Translations under genes and position numbers: made by a program | In this document: positions 1 through 9,221 of the stretch, piece after piece | Layout of the letters: the number at the start of each line of letters is the position of its first letter | How positions within the stretch are numbered: position 1 is the first letter of the stretch | Origin: an uncultured Opitutaceae bacterium | GTDB taxonomy: Bacteria > Verrucomicrobiota > Verrucomicrobiia > Opitutales > Opitutaceae | Direction of reading: 5' to 3' | NCBI GenBank assembly: GCA_903885525.1 | Contig: CAISJA010000295.1 | Span: forward strand, 1 to 35,214 | Length of the DNA: 35,214 nt | Notes under the pieces: generated by a model | The model's input: only the letters and a program-made list of their open reading frames with translations | The model's database searches: none | Told to the model about the DNA's origin: nothing

Positions 1-585
1 ATCATCGCCTTCATCGCGCAAAAGCTGTTCGCCGGGCTGTCGGCCGACGCGGCGGCCCAGCATTCCGGGCCGGTCATCTCGATTGCCTTCCTCGTGCTCA
101 ACATGGTGGGGTTTATCCTGCCGTCGCTGGTGCTCGAGCCGGTCGCGGAAAAGATCGGGCGCGTAAAAACCCATGCGCTCGCCTGCGGGCTGATGGCGCT
201 CGCCTACGCGCTGGTCGCGTTCCAGGTGCGCACGCCGCTGGCGCTGTACGCCTGCATGGCGCTGGCCGGGGTGGGCTGGGCTTCGGTGGTCAGCATCCCC
301 TTTGCCATCATGAGCGAACTCGTGGACCAGCGCCGCATGGGGCTGTTCATGGGCATCTTCAACCTCTCCGTCGTGCTGCCGCAGCTCCTCGTCAGCGTGT
401 TCGTAGGGAAAATCGTCAGGGCGGCGGCCGACAAGAACGTCATCTTCCTGATCTGCGCCGGGACGCTGGCGGTGTCGGCGGCGCTCTGGTTGCTCGTCCG
501 CGACCGCTGCTCCCCCTCCGGAGCCGGGGCCACCCGGGTCCCGCCGGGCATTGAGCCCCCGTGCCCGGCGGCCTGCCGCCGGTGA
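1..585 (+). CDS. MFS sugar transporter (MalT/SLC45-like, maltose/sucrose type), C-terminal part, 5'-truncated by window edge
   Basis: Frame is open from base 1. Several TM helices; 'EKIGRVKTH' loop and 'MGLFMGIFNLSVVLPQLL' motif typical of this MFS subfamily. Confidence 0.8.
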   Translation: MIAFIAQKLFAGLSADAAAQHSGPVISIAFLVLNMVGFILPSLVLEPVAEKIGRVKTHALACGLMALAYALVAFQVRTPLALYACMALAGVGWASVVSIPFAIMSELVDQRRMGLFMGIFNLSVVLPQLLVSVFVGKIVRAAADKNVIFLICAGTLAVSAALWLLVRDRCSPSGAGATRVPPGIEPPCPAACRR

Positions 586-817
586 AAGTTTTTGGCCGGG
601 GAATTCCGCCCGCTGCCTTCCGCGCGCAGGCGCGCGGGTGCGGACGCAGGTGAGGGTGTGTAGGCGCGCAGGTGCCTGCGGGTACGGCGGCGGTCCGGCG
701 TGGCGGGATGAGCGCTCGTCCCGGGGATGACCGGGCCGACATCGGCCTTGCCCGAGGGGCGGGCCGGCACTGTTTTTCAGTCGTGCGTGCCAGGCGCGAA
801 TGGTGTTCGCTTCGCGC

Positions 818-1660
818 ATGCTGATTGGCCCCGCCGGACTGCGCGCCCACCTTCATGATCCCGCCTGGGTCGTCTTCGACTGCCGGCACGACATGGTTGA
901 TCACCATCGCGGCGCCCGCGTCTATGCGGAGGGGCACGTCCCCGGGGCCTTTTTCGCCGCCGTGGAAACGGACCTGGCCGGGGAAAAGACCGGGCACAAC
1001 GGCCGGCATCCGCTGCCGCAGCCGGAGACCTGGGCCGGTTTTCTCAACCGCCACGGCGTCACTCCGGACACGCAGATCGTGGCCTATGACGATGCCGGCG
1101 GCCAGTATGCGGCCCGCCTGTGGTGGCTGGCCCGCTGGCTGGGGCTGACCAAGGTGGCGGTGCTCGACGGCGGCTACGGCGCATGGCTCGCCGGGCTGCA
1201 TCCGGTCTCGACCGAGCCGGCCGGCCCGCACGGCACCGGCACCGTGGACGCCCGGCCGGACTGGTCGCAGGTCCGGACCGCAGCGGACATCCAGCGCGGC
1301 ATGGCCGACGGCAGCCTGGTGCTGGTGGATGCCCGCGCGCCGGAGCGCTTCCGCGGCGAGACGGAGCCCATCGACCGCCTGGCGGGGCACATCCCCGGTG
1401 CGCGCAACCGTTTCTTCAAGCTCAACCAGAACCCCGACCAGAGCTTCCGTCCGGCAGCCGAGTTGCGCGCGGCATTCACGGCGCTGCTCGGCGCCGTGCC
1501 GCCCGCCGCCGTCGTCCACCACTGCGGCTCGGGTGTCACCGCCTGCGTCAACCGGCTCGCGATGGACTACGCCGGGCTGCCGGGTTCCGCGCTCTACGTC
1601 GGTTCCTGGAGCGAGTGGATCGCCGATCCCGCGCGCCCCGTGGCGACCGGCCCCGCCTGA
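818..1660 (+). CDS. sseA: Tandem rhodanese sulfurtransferase (3-mercaptopyruvate/thiosulfate sulfurtransferase); alternative start at 800
   Basis: GHVPGA, GRHPLP, AARLWW, LVDARAPERF, GHIPGA, active-site CGSGVTA and C-terminal YVGSWSEW rhodanese signature. Confidence 0.9.
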   Translation: MLIGPAGLRAHLHDPAWVVFDCRHDMVDHHRGARVYAEGHVPGAFFAAVETDLAGEKTGHNGRHPLPQPETWAGFLNRHGVTPDTQIVAYDDAGGQYAARLWWLARWLGLTKVAVLDGGYGAWLAGLHPVSTEPAGPHGTGTVDARPDWSQVRTAADIQRGMADGSLVLVDARAPERFRGETEPIDRLAGHIPGARNRFFKLNQNPDQSFRPAAELRAAFTALLGAVPPAAVVHHCGSGVTACVNRLAMDYAGLPGSALYVGSWSEWIADPARPVATGPA

Positions 1661-1889
1661 AGGCCGGCCATGCCGCAGTCTCACTAAGCGGCACGGGAAA
1701 TGCCCGTTTCGGATTCCGTCTCGGCCGAGGCGACAAATCCGGCGGCCGGCGCAGGGGCAACCCCTGGCCGCACCGAGGACCGCCAGTCAGGACAGTGAAC
1801 CGGTTCGGGGCATGCCCCCGAGAGCCGCGGACGGCATCCACTCCCTGCGGCAAACCGCGGCGAAAACATGCCGGCCCGATTCAGCCGCC

Positions 1890-2177
1890 CTAGCTCCGCC
1901 GCTTCCGGACGGTGCCCTTGGGCTGGAGCAGGCCGTGCGCGATCCCGAACTCCACCGCGCCGAGGACGAGAAAGCCCGGATACATCGACTTGCGGCCTCG
2001 CCACCAGATCGTCTTCAGACGCATGAGGGTGAGGGCAAAGCCGCTGCCGCGGGCCTTCATGAAGAGGAGAAACTCCTCCTGCAGGGCCTCATCCTCCCGC
2101 AGGGCGCGGAAGACCGGGGCCAGCCGCTCCTCAAGGTAGCGGCGTTCCGCGTCGGTAAGGGTGCGGGTCTTGGCCAT
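1890..2177 (-). CDS. Hypothetical protein, 95 aa
   Basis: Natural-looking, non-shadow composition (MAKTRTLTDAERRYLEERLAPVF...). Fills the gap divergent from the SPFH gene across an AT-richer intergenic stretch. Confidence 0.6.
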   Translation of the reverse strand: MAKTRTLTDAERRYLEERLAPVFRALREDEALQEEFLLFMKARGSGFALTLMRLKTIWWRGRKSMYPGFLVLGAVEFGIAHGLLQPKGTVRKRRS

Positions 2178-2328
2178 GGCGCGGAGGATGGCCTGGGAGG
2201 CCCGAAAATCAAGCGTATTACGGATGCATCATACCATTACATTAAACGTACACCTTTCCACTACACTCCGGCTTGCCTCCGCGCGAGTTTTCCGGATGCT
2301 CCCCGCCGCTCCCCACCTGGAGGCCCCT

Positions 2329-4149
2329 ATGTCAACCTTCACCCTCATCCTCCTCGCCCTCGCGGCGACCGTGCTCGTGACGGCCGCCCTCAGTTACAAG
2401 GTGCTCATCCGTCTGCTCGGGCTCGTCATCATCCCGAACAACGGCGTCGGCATCGTCACCAAGAAATTCGGCTTCGGCGGCGCTTCCACGCTGCCGGACG
2501 GCAAGATCGTCGCCCTCCACGGGGAGGCCGGCATTCAGGCCGACACCCTCGCACCGGGCCTGCACTTCGGCCTCTGGCCGTGGCAATACTCGGTCGCCAT
2601 CGTCGGTTTCACCACCATCGACGACGGAAAGCTCGGCCTCGTCGAGGCCCGCGACGGCGTGCCGCTCTCCGGCGGCCGCGTGCTCGGCCGCCAGGTCGAC
2701 TGCGACTGCTTCCAGGACGCGCGCGCCTTCCTCAGCCACGGCGGCCAGCGCGGCCCGCAGATTGCCATCATCCCGCCCGGCACCTACCGCATCAACACGT
2801 CCCTCTTCAACGTGGGGGTCGCCCCCGTGCTTGAGATCAAGGACAACCGAGTCGGCATCGTCACGACAAAGGAGGGCGCCTCGCTGCCGGCGGGCGAGAT
2901 CGCCGGCGCGACCATCCCCGGGCACAACTCCTTCCAGGATGCGGAGACCTTCGTCCAGACCGGCGGTTTCAAGGGCCTCCAGGAGCAGGTACTCCTTGCC
3001 GGCCGCTACTACGTCAACCCTCTCTTCGCCACCGTCGAGACCGTCGACATGACGGAAGTGCCGATCGCACACGCCGGCGTCGTCATCGCCTTCGTCGGCG
3101 AGGTCGGCCGCGACGTGACCGGCGAAGCTTTCAAGCACGGCAACCTCGTCGAAAAGGGCAAGAAAGGCGTATGGGTCGAGCCGCTCGACCCAGGCCGCTA
3201 CGCCATCAACCCTCGCACCCACCGGGTGGAAAACGTGCCGACCGCCAACGTCGTCCTCAACTGGGCGACCGGGAAGTCCGAGGCGCACCGGCTCGACGAG
3301 AAGCTCTGCACCATCACGGTGCGCTCCTCCGACGGTTTCACCTACAACCTCGATGTCAGCCAGATCATCCACATCCCGCGCAACGACGCCCCCAAGGTCA
3401 TCGCCCGCTTCGGATCAATGGACAACCTCGTCACCCAGGTGCTCGAGCCCACCATCGGCAACTACTTCCGCAACGCCGCGCAAAACTCCGACGCCATCGA
3501 GTTCCTCAAGAGCCGCACGCAACGGCAGGAAGACGCAAAGCGCCAGATCAGCGCCGCGCTCGAGCAGTACAATGTCGGCGCCGTCGACACGCTCATCGGC
3601 GACATCACCCCGCCCGCCGAGCTGATGAAGACGCTCACCGACCGGAAGATCGCCGAGCAGGAGCGCGTCACCTACGAGACGCAGCGTCAGGCCGAGATCG
3701 TCCGCAAAGAGCTCGAGCAGGCCAAGGCCCAGGCCGCCACGCAGGCCAAGGTCGTCGACTCGGAGCGGAGCGTTGCCATCGCCGATTTCGCCGCGCAGGC
3801 CGCCATCAAGAAGGCGACCGGCGAGGCCACCGCCCGCCGGACCATGGCGGAGGCCGACGCCGCCGTCATCACCATGACCGGTGACGCCGAGGCGCGGAAG
3901 ACCCAGGCCATCGGTGGCGCCGAGGCCGGCGTCATCAAGCAGAAGGCCGAGGCGATCAGCGCCGATTCCTACGTCGCCATCGAGGTGGCGCGCGCGCTCG
4001 CCGCCAGCGGCCAGAAGCTGGTGCCGGACATCGTGGCCGGCGGTTCGGCCGGCGGCTCGACCCTCGTCGAAATGCTGATGGCCGGACTGCTCAAGGATGT
4101 GGTCGCCGCACGCACCACCAAGGACGGCCAGACGTCGTCGCACCACTGA
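2329..4149 (+). CDS. SPFH/band-7/flotillin family membrane protein with N-terminal repeats (606 aa)
   Basis: GGAGG RBS at 2319-2323 before ATG 2329. N-terminal TM helix, 'ITVRSSDGF' SPFH core, 'LVTQVLEPTIGNYFRNAAQ', then an Ala/Glu-rich flotillin coiled coil. Confidence 0.88.
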   Translation: MSTFTLILLALAATVLVTAALSYKVLIRLLGLVIIPNNGVGIVTKKFGFGGASTLPDGKIVALHGEAGIQADTLAPGLHFGLWPWQYSVAIVGFTTIDDGKLGLVEARDGVPLSGGRVLGRQVDCDCFQDARAFLSHGGQRGPQIAIIPPGTYRINTSLFNVGVAPVLEIKDNRVGIVTTKEGASLPAGEIAGATIPGHNSFQDAETFVQTGGFKGLQEQVLLAGRYYVNPLFATVETVDMTEVPIAHAGVVIAFVGEVGRDVTGEAFKHGNLVEKGKKGVWVEPLDPGRYAINPRTHRVENVPTANVVLNWATGKSEAHRLDEKLCTITVRSSDGFTYNLDVSQIIHIPRNDAPKVIARFGSMDNLVTQVLEPTIGNYFRNAAQNSDAIEFLKSRTQRQEDAKRQISAALEQYNVGAVDTLIGDITPPAELMKTLTDRKIAEQERVTYETQRQAEIVRKELEQAKAQAATQAKVVDSERSVAIADFAAQAAIKKATGEATARRTMAEADAAVITMTGDAEARKTQAIGGAEAGVIKQKAEAISADSYVAIEVARALAASGQKLVPDIVAGGSAGGSTLVEMLMAGLLKDVVAARTTKDGQTSSHH

Positions 4150-4174
4150 GCGACGTGCAACGCAACCTTTCCCC

Positions 4175-4204
4175 GGAGCCAGGCGGCGCGCTCCGCCCGG
4201 CTCC
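4175..4204 (+). terminator. GC-rich stem-loop downstream of the SPFH gene
   Basis: GGAGCCAGGCGG-cgcgct-CCGCCCGGCTCC near-perfect inverted repeat; no U-tract. Confidence 0.3.
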
Positions 4205-4426
4205 TGGGGAGACGTTGACCGAGGTGAGCCGGCTGCTGGGGGGCCGGGGATGGCGACGGCCGCAGGAACAATTTGGCGGCACGTTCGCCGTGTTTGACAG
4301 GTACGGACACATCCATGCTTTTGCTGCCCCCAGGCTCCCAAGGTGTCCGGCACCTCCCCCGCCCTGACAGGGATCGTTTCGGCTTTGGCGTTGCGCCGGC
4401 AGGGTGCGCGGGCAACCGTTGCCCCC

Positions 4427-7252
4427 ATGAAACGACGTGCGCTTGGGCCGGCCGCCCAAGCCGGCTGCGACCGCAATTTTTTCCGGACCCGCCGGCCTTT
4501 CCGCCTGGCGCTTTTCGCGGGTTTGGTGCTCGGCCTGGCCGGGGTGCCCGCCCCGGCGGCAGTCCCGGCAGTCCCGGCGCAGGACGAGCCGTTCGTCGCC
4601 CTCCTGCGCGCCTCCGGGGCGGAGGCCCCTCGGGACGCCCGGGCGCTCTGGCTGGATACACGCGAGGTGCGCTGGGCTGTGCCGGCGGGCACCGTGCGGG
4701 TGCGGCTGCTCGGCACGGACGAAGCCGGGCTGCGGGTGGCACCCGGCCAGGCGGCCACCGGCGAGAAACAGGCGCTGACGCTGTCCGCCGCCCCGGAGCC
4801 TCGGCTGCCCGAGCCGGCACGTTTTTCGCATGTCACTGGCACGATCTGGCGCGTGGCGGATGCGGAGGCGGCGCTCCTGCCCGGGCTCTGGCGCGGGCAG
4901 CTCGTGCTCGTGGCCGAAGATGCCCACGGGCGGGTGCTCGCCGCCACCGGCACCCAGCTCGCCGGCGCACTGGATGATTATTACGCCCCGGCGGCCACCG
5001 CCCTCGCCTTGGGAGCGCGCCGGGCCGGCCGGGGCACGGCCTTTGCGCTCTGGGCGCCCACGGCCCGGTCCGTCTCGCTGTGCCTGTACGACAACGCCAC
5101 CGGCCCGGCCCACACCGTCCGGCCGATGGAGCGCGACGCCGCCAGCGGAGCCTGGCGGCTGACGGTGGCGGAGGACCTGCACGGGAAATACTACCTCTAC
5201 CTGGTGGAGGTGTTCGTCCCTGGCGTCGGCCTGGTGCGGAACCGGGTGACCGACCCGTATTCGCTCTCCCTTTGCGCCGACTCGGCGCGGAGCGCGATCG
5301 TCGATCCCGACTCGCCGCTGACGCAGCCGGAGCGGTGGCGGGCGGACCGCTCCCCGGCCACGGTGGAGGCGGCCACGGACCTGGTGGTCTACGAACTCCA
5401 TGTGCGCGATTTTTCCCGCGACGACCGGACGGTGCCCGCCGTTTACCGGGGCAAGTACCTCGCCTTCGCCCAGGCCACCAGCGAGGGCCTGCGGCACCTG
5501 CGGCAGCTGGCCGGGACCGGCGTGACGGACGTGCACCTGCTGCCGGTGTTTGACTTTGCCTCCGTCCCCGAGCGCCACCCCGAGGAGCCCGTCCTGCCGG
5601 CGGGGGCGCCGCCCGACAGCCCGGCGGTGCAGGCGGCCCTGGCGCCCTACCGGGAGCGCGATGCCTTCAACTGGGGCTACGATCCCTGGCACTTTCTCGC
5701 GCCGGAAGGCAGTTATGCGATCGATCCCGGCAACCCCGGCGGGCGCATCCGCGAATTCCGCGCCATGGTGCAGGGCCTCCATGCGGCGGGCCTGCGCGTG
5801 GGCATGGATGTGGTCTACAACCACACGATGGCCGACGGCCAGGATCCGCGCTCGGTGCTCGACCGCATCGTGCCGGGCTACTACCACCGGCTCGATGCGA
5901 CCGGCCGGGTGGAAACGTCGGCCTGCAATTCCAACACCGCGCCCGAAAACGCCATGATGGCCCAGCTGGTCATCGATGCCTCGGTGGTCTGGGCCCGCGA
6001 CTACCACATTGACTCCTTTCGCTTCGACCTCATGGGCCACCTGCCGCGCGCCCTTCTGGAGCAGCTGCAGGCGCGGGTCGATGCGGCGGCGGGGCGGCAC
6101 CTTTTCCTGCTGGGCGAAGGGTGGAATTTCGGGGAGGTGCGTGACGGCGCGCGGTTTGCGCAGGCCGCGCAGGCCGGCCTGGGGCACAGCGGCATCGCCA
6201 CCTTCTCCGACCGGATGCGCGATGCGGCGCGCGGCGGACATCCGGGCGACGCCGGGCCGGAGCTGCTGGCCCAAGGCTGGCTGACCGGCCTGCACTACGC
6301 GCCAAATGCCGCCAACGCCGGGCTGGACCGTTCGCGCGAGCTGGCGGACGCCGCCGATCTGGTGCGGAGCGGACTGGCCGGCACCCTGCGCGGATATCCG
6401 CTGCAAGGCGCGGACGGGCGCACCCGGCCGCTGGCGGAGTTTGCCGACGGCGACCAGCCCGCCGGCTATGCGGCCGAGCCGGGCGAGGTCGTGAACTACC
6501 TGGAGAACCACGACAACCAGACGCTCTTCGACAACAATGTCCTGCGCCTACCCGCCGGCACCCCGCGCCACGACCGCGCCCGCGTGCAGGTGCTCGGCAA
6601 TGCCCTCGTCGCCTTCAGCCAGGGCATCGCCTACTTCCACGCCGGACAGGAAATCCTGCGCAGCAAATCGCTTGACCGAAACAGTTTTAACTCCGGCGAT
6701 GCCTTCAACCGGATCGACTGGACGCTCTGCACGAATCATTTCGGCGTGGGCCTGCCCCCGTCCGACGACAACGAGGCCAGCTGGCCCCAGATGCGGCCGC
6801 TGCTGGCGCGGGCGGCGGAAATCGCCCCCGCGCCGGAGGACATCCGCTTCACCTGGGAAGCCACGCTCCGCCTGCTGGCCGTGCGCCGCAGCTCCACCCT
6901 GTTCCGGCTCCGCACCGCAGACGACGTGGCCGCACGGCTGCATTTCCTGAACACCGGGCCGGCGGCCTGCCCCAGCGTGGTGGTCGGGCGGCTCGACGGG
7001 CGGGGTTATCCCGGCGCAGGATTCGCCGAAGTGCTCTACGTGCTGAATGCCGACATCGTCCCGCACACCCTGCCCCTGCCCGGCGAGGCGGCGAAGCCCT
7101 GGCAGTTGCACCCGGCGCTCACCGCCGGCACCGACCCCCGGTGGCGCGAGACGCGGTTCGATCCGGCGGCCGGCACGCTCACCGTGCCGGCCCGCACCGT
7201 CGCGGTGTTTGTCGTGCCCGAGCCGGCGGTGGCCCGAGCCGGAGCGGAATAG
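4427..7252 (+). CDS. pulA: Pullulanase-type alpha-1,6-glucosidase (GH13), secreted
   Basis: FALWAPTA (CBM48), YELHVRDF, FNWGYDP, DVVYNH, FRFDLMG (nucleophile), GEGW (acid/base) and YLENHDN motifs. N-terminal signal-like segment. Start uncertain (4343 or 4427). Confidence 0.9.
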   Translation: MKRRALGPAAQAGCDRNFFRTRRPFRLALFAGLVLGLAGVPAPAAVPAVPAQDEPFVALLRASGAEAPRDARALWLDTREVRWAVPAGTVRVRLLGTDEAGLRVAPGQAATGEKQALTLSAAPEPRLPEPARFSHVTGTIWRVADAEAALLPGLWRGQLVLVAEDAHGRVLAATGTQLAGALDDYYAPAATALALGARRAGRGTAFALWAPTARSVSLCLYDNATGPAHTVRPMERDAASGAWRLTVAEDLHGKYYLYLVEVFVPGVGLVRNRVTDPYSLSLCADSARSAIVDPDSPLTQPERWRADRSPATVEAATDLVVYELHVRDFSRDDRTVPAVYRGKYLAFAQATSEGLRHLRQLAGTGVTDVHLLPVFDFASVPERHPEEPVLPAGAPPDSPAVQAALAPYRERDAFNWGYDPWHFLAPEGSYAIDPGNPGGRIREFRAMVQGLHAAGLRVGMDVVYNHTMADGQDPRSVLDRIVPGYYHRLDATGRVETSACNSNTAPENAMMAQLVIDASVVWARDYHIDSFRFDLMGHLPRALLEQLQARVDAAAGRHLFLLGEGWNFGEVRDGARFAQAAQAGLGHSGIATFSDRMRDAARGGHPGDAGPELLAQGWLTGLHYAPNAANAGLDRSRELADAADLVRSGLAGTLRGYPLQGADGRTRPLAEFADGDQPAGYAAEPGEVVNYLENHDNQTLFDNNVLRLPAGTPRHDRARVQVLGNALVAFSQGIAYFHAGQEILRSKSLDRNSFNSGDAFNRIDWTLCTNHFGVGLPPSDDNEASWPQMRPLLARAAEIAPAPEDIRFTWEATLRLLAVRRSSTLFRLRTADDVAARLHFLNTGPAACPSVVVGRLDGRGYPGAGFAEVLYVLNADIVPHTLPLPGEAAKPWQLHPALTAGTDPRWRETRFDPAAGTLTVPARTVAVFVVPEPAVARAGAE

Positions 7253-7356
7253 TCGCGGCACCACAGCCGGTTCCCGGCACCGCCGGCGCCGGGAGCGCGC
7301 CGGAGCGCCAACGCGGCGGGCTGGAAGAGCGGCCCGGAAAATGCTAGGGTGGCGGC

Positions 7357-9168
7357 ATGGCCCTCAACCGTTTCTCCGTCCCTCCGCTGCACGAAGTCAC
7401 CCGCACACTGGCCGCCGTCGCCATGGGGCGCGAGGCGCCCGATCTCGTCATCACCGGCGCCCGCCTGCTCTCCACCTACACCGAGCGGATCCACGCGGAG
7501 CGGGAAGTTTGGATCAAGTCGGGCCGGATCGCAGCGGTGCAGCCCGCCGGGACCTTCCGCCCCGGCGCGCGCGGGCGCACGCGGGTCCACGACGCGCGGG
7601 GCGGCATCCTCGCTCCGGGGCTGGTTGATCCGCACATCCACATCGAAAGCTCGATGATGACGGCCTGCGCCTACGCCGAGGGCGCGCTCCTCAACGGCAC
7701 GACCACGATCTTCTGCGACAGCCATGAAATCGGCAATGTCTGCGATGCCGCGGGCATCGCCTGGATGCTGGAGGACGCCCGCCAGGCGCCGCTCTCGATT
7801 TTCCTGACGGTGCCCAGCACGGTGCCGGCCACCTCGGCGCGTTTCGAGACGGCGGGGGGCGATCTCACCCCGCGCAAGATCGGCCGCCTGTTCGACCGCT
7901 GGCCGGAAGCCGTGGCGCTGGGGGAGAAGATGGATTTTGTGCAGGTGGCGCTGGGCGATGCCCGCAGCCACGCCGTCCTAGCCGAGGCGCTCCGGCGCGG
8001 CCGGCCGGTGAGCGGGCATATCTACGGCCGGGAATTCGTGGCGGCCGGGGCGGCGAGCGGCATCACCGACACCCATGAATCCATCGACCGGGAGATCGCC
8101 CATGATTTTTTGGAAAACGGCATGTGGATCTTTCTGCGCGGGGGGCCGCCCACCACGCCCTGGCATTCGCTGCCGCAGGCGATCAAGGCCGTGACGGAGC
8201 TCGGTGCCAGCCCCAAGCGGGTATGCGTCTGCACCGACGACCGCGATGCCGACGACCTCTTTCTCTTCGGGCTCGACTGGGTCGTGCGTGAGGCGGTCCG
8301 CCACGGGCTGAAGCCGGAGACCGCCTGGAGCCTGGGCTCGCTGCATCCCGCCACGCGGTACGCCCAGGACGGCGAAATCGGCGGGGTGGCGCCGGCCCGG
8401 CGCGCCGACCTCGTGCTGCTGAACGACCAGCTCGAGCCGCAGAATACCTGGTATGGCGGTGCCCTGGTGGTGGAAAACCGGAAAATCACCCCGCTGCTCG
8501 ACCGCGCCCTTTCCCGCCGTTACCGCTACCCGCGCCAGGCCTACCAGACCATCAAGGTGGCGCCCCGGCTGCGCTTGACGCCCGCGCTGCCGGCCGGACC
8601 GGTCACCGCCCATGTGATTCGCACCGCGCTGCCCGGTATCATCTTGTTCCACGACCGGGTGACTCTCGGGACCGGCGCGGGGGCCGCCTGGCCGGAGCTG
8701 CTGGAGCGGCACGGGCTGTGTTTTGTCACGGTGGTGGAACGGCACGGCCGGAGCGGGGCCGTCGCCCACGGGCTGCTGAAGGATTTCGGCCTGCGGGAAG
8801 GCGCGGTCGGCAGCTCGGTCGGCCACGATGCCCACAACATCATCTTGGCCGGCACCAACGAGGCGGAGATGCAGCTGGCCCTGCGCACCATCCGGGCGAT
8901 GCGCGGCGGGGTCTGCGTGGTGCGCGGCGGCCGGGTGGTGGCGAAGGTGGCGTTGCCCATCGCCGGGCTGCTCTCCGACCGGCGCGCCACGGTGGTGGCC
9001 GAGGCCTCGACGGACCTGAAGCGGGCCTGGTCGGAGGCGGGCTGCACCCTGCCCTACATGGGGTTCAACCTCATCCCCCTGTCCGTCATTCCCGAGATCC
9101 GCATCACCGACCGGGGGCTTGTGACCGTGCCGGAGATGCAGATCGTGCCCCTGTTCGAGCCGGCGTGA
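7357..9168 (+). CDS. ade: Adenine deaminase (amidohydrolase family, Ade/AdeC type)
   Basis: [33 protein letters not shown] and SSVGHDAHN motifs; 603 aa. Confidence 0.88.
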   Translation: MALNRFSVPPLHEVTRTLAAVAMGREAPDLVITGARLLSTYTERIHAEREVWIKSGRIAAVQPAGTFRPGARGRTRVHDARGGILAPGLVDPHIHIESSMMTACAYAEGALLNGTTTIFCDSHEIGNVCDAAGIAWMLEDARQAPLSIFLTVPSTVPATSARFETAGGDLTPRKIGRLFDRWPEAVALGEKMDFVQVALGDARSHAVLAEALRRGRPVSGHIYGREFVAAGAASGITDTHESIDREIAHDFLENGMWIFLRGGPPTTPWHSLPQAIKAVTELGASPKRVCVCTDDRDADDLFLFGLDWVVREAVRHGLKPETAWSLGSLHPATRYAQDGEIGGVAPARRADLVLLNDQLEPQNTWYGGALVVENRKITPLLDRALSRRYRYPRQAYQTIKVAPRLRLTPALPAGPVTAHVIRTALPGIILFHDRVTLGTGAGAAWPELLERHGLCFVTVVERHGRSGAVAHGLLKDFGLREGAVGSSVGHDAHNIILAGTNEAEMQLALRTIRAMRGGVCVVRGGRVVAKVALPIAGLLSDRRATVVAEASTDLKRAWSEAGCTLPYMGFNLIPLSVIPEIRITDRGLVTVPEMQIVPLFEPA

Positions 9169-9221
9169 CGCGGGGGTGCCGCTTCCGCTCCGGCCCGGAA
9201 AGCAGCGGCGGACCGGGGCGG

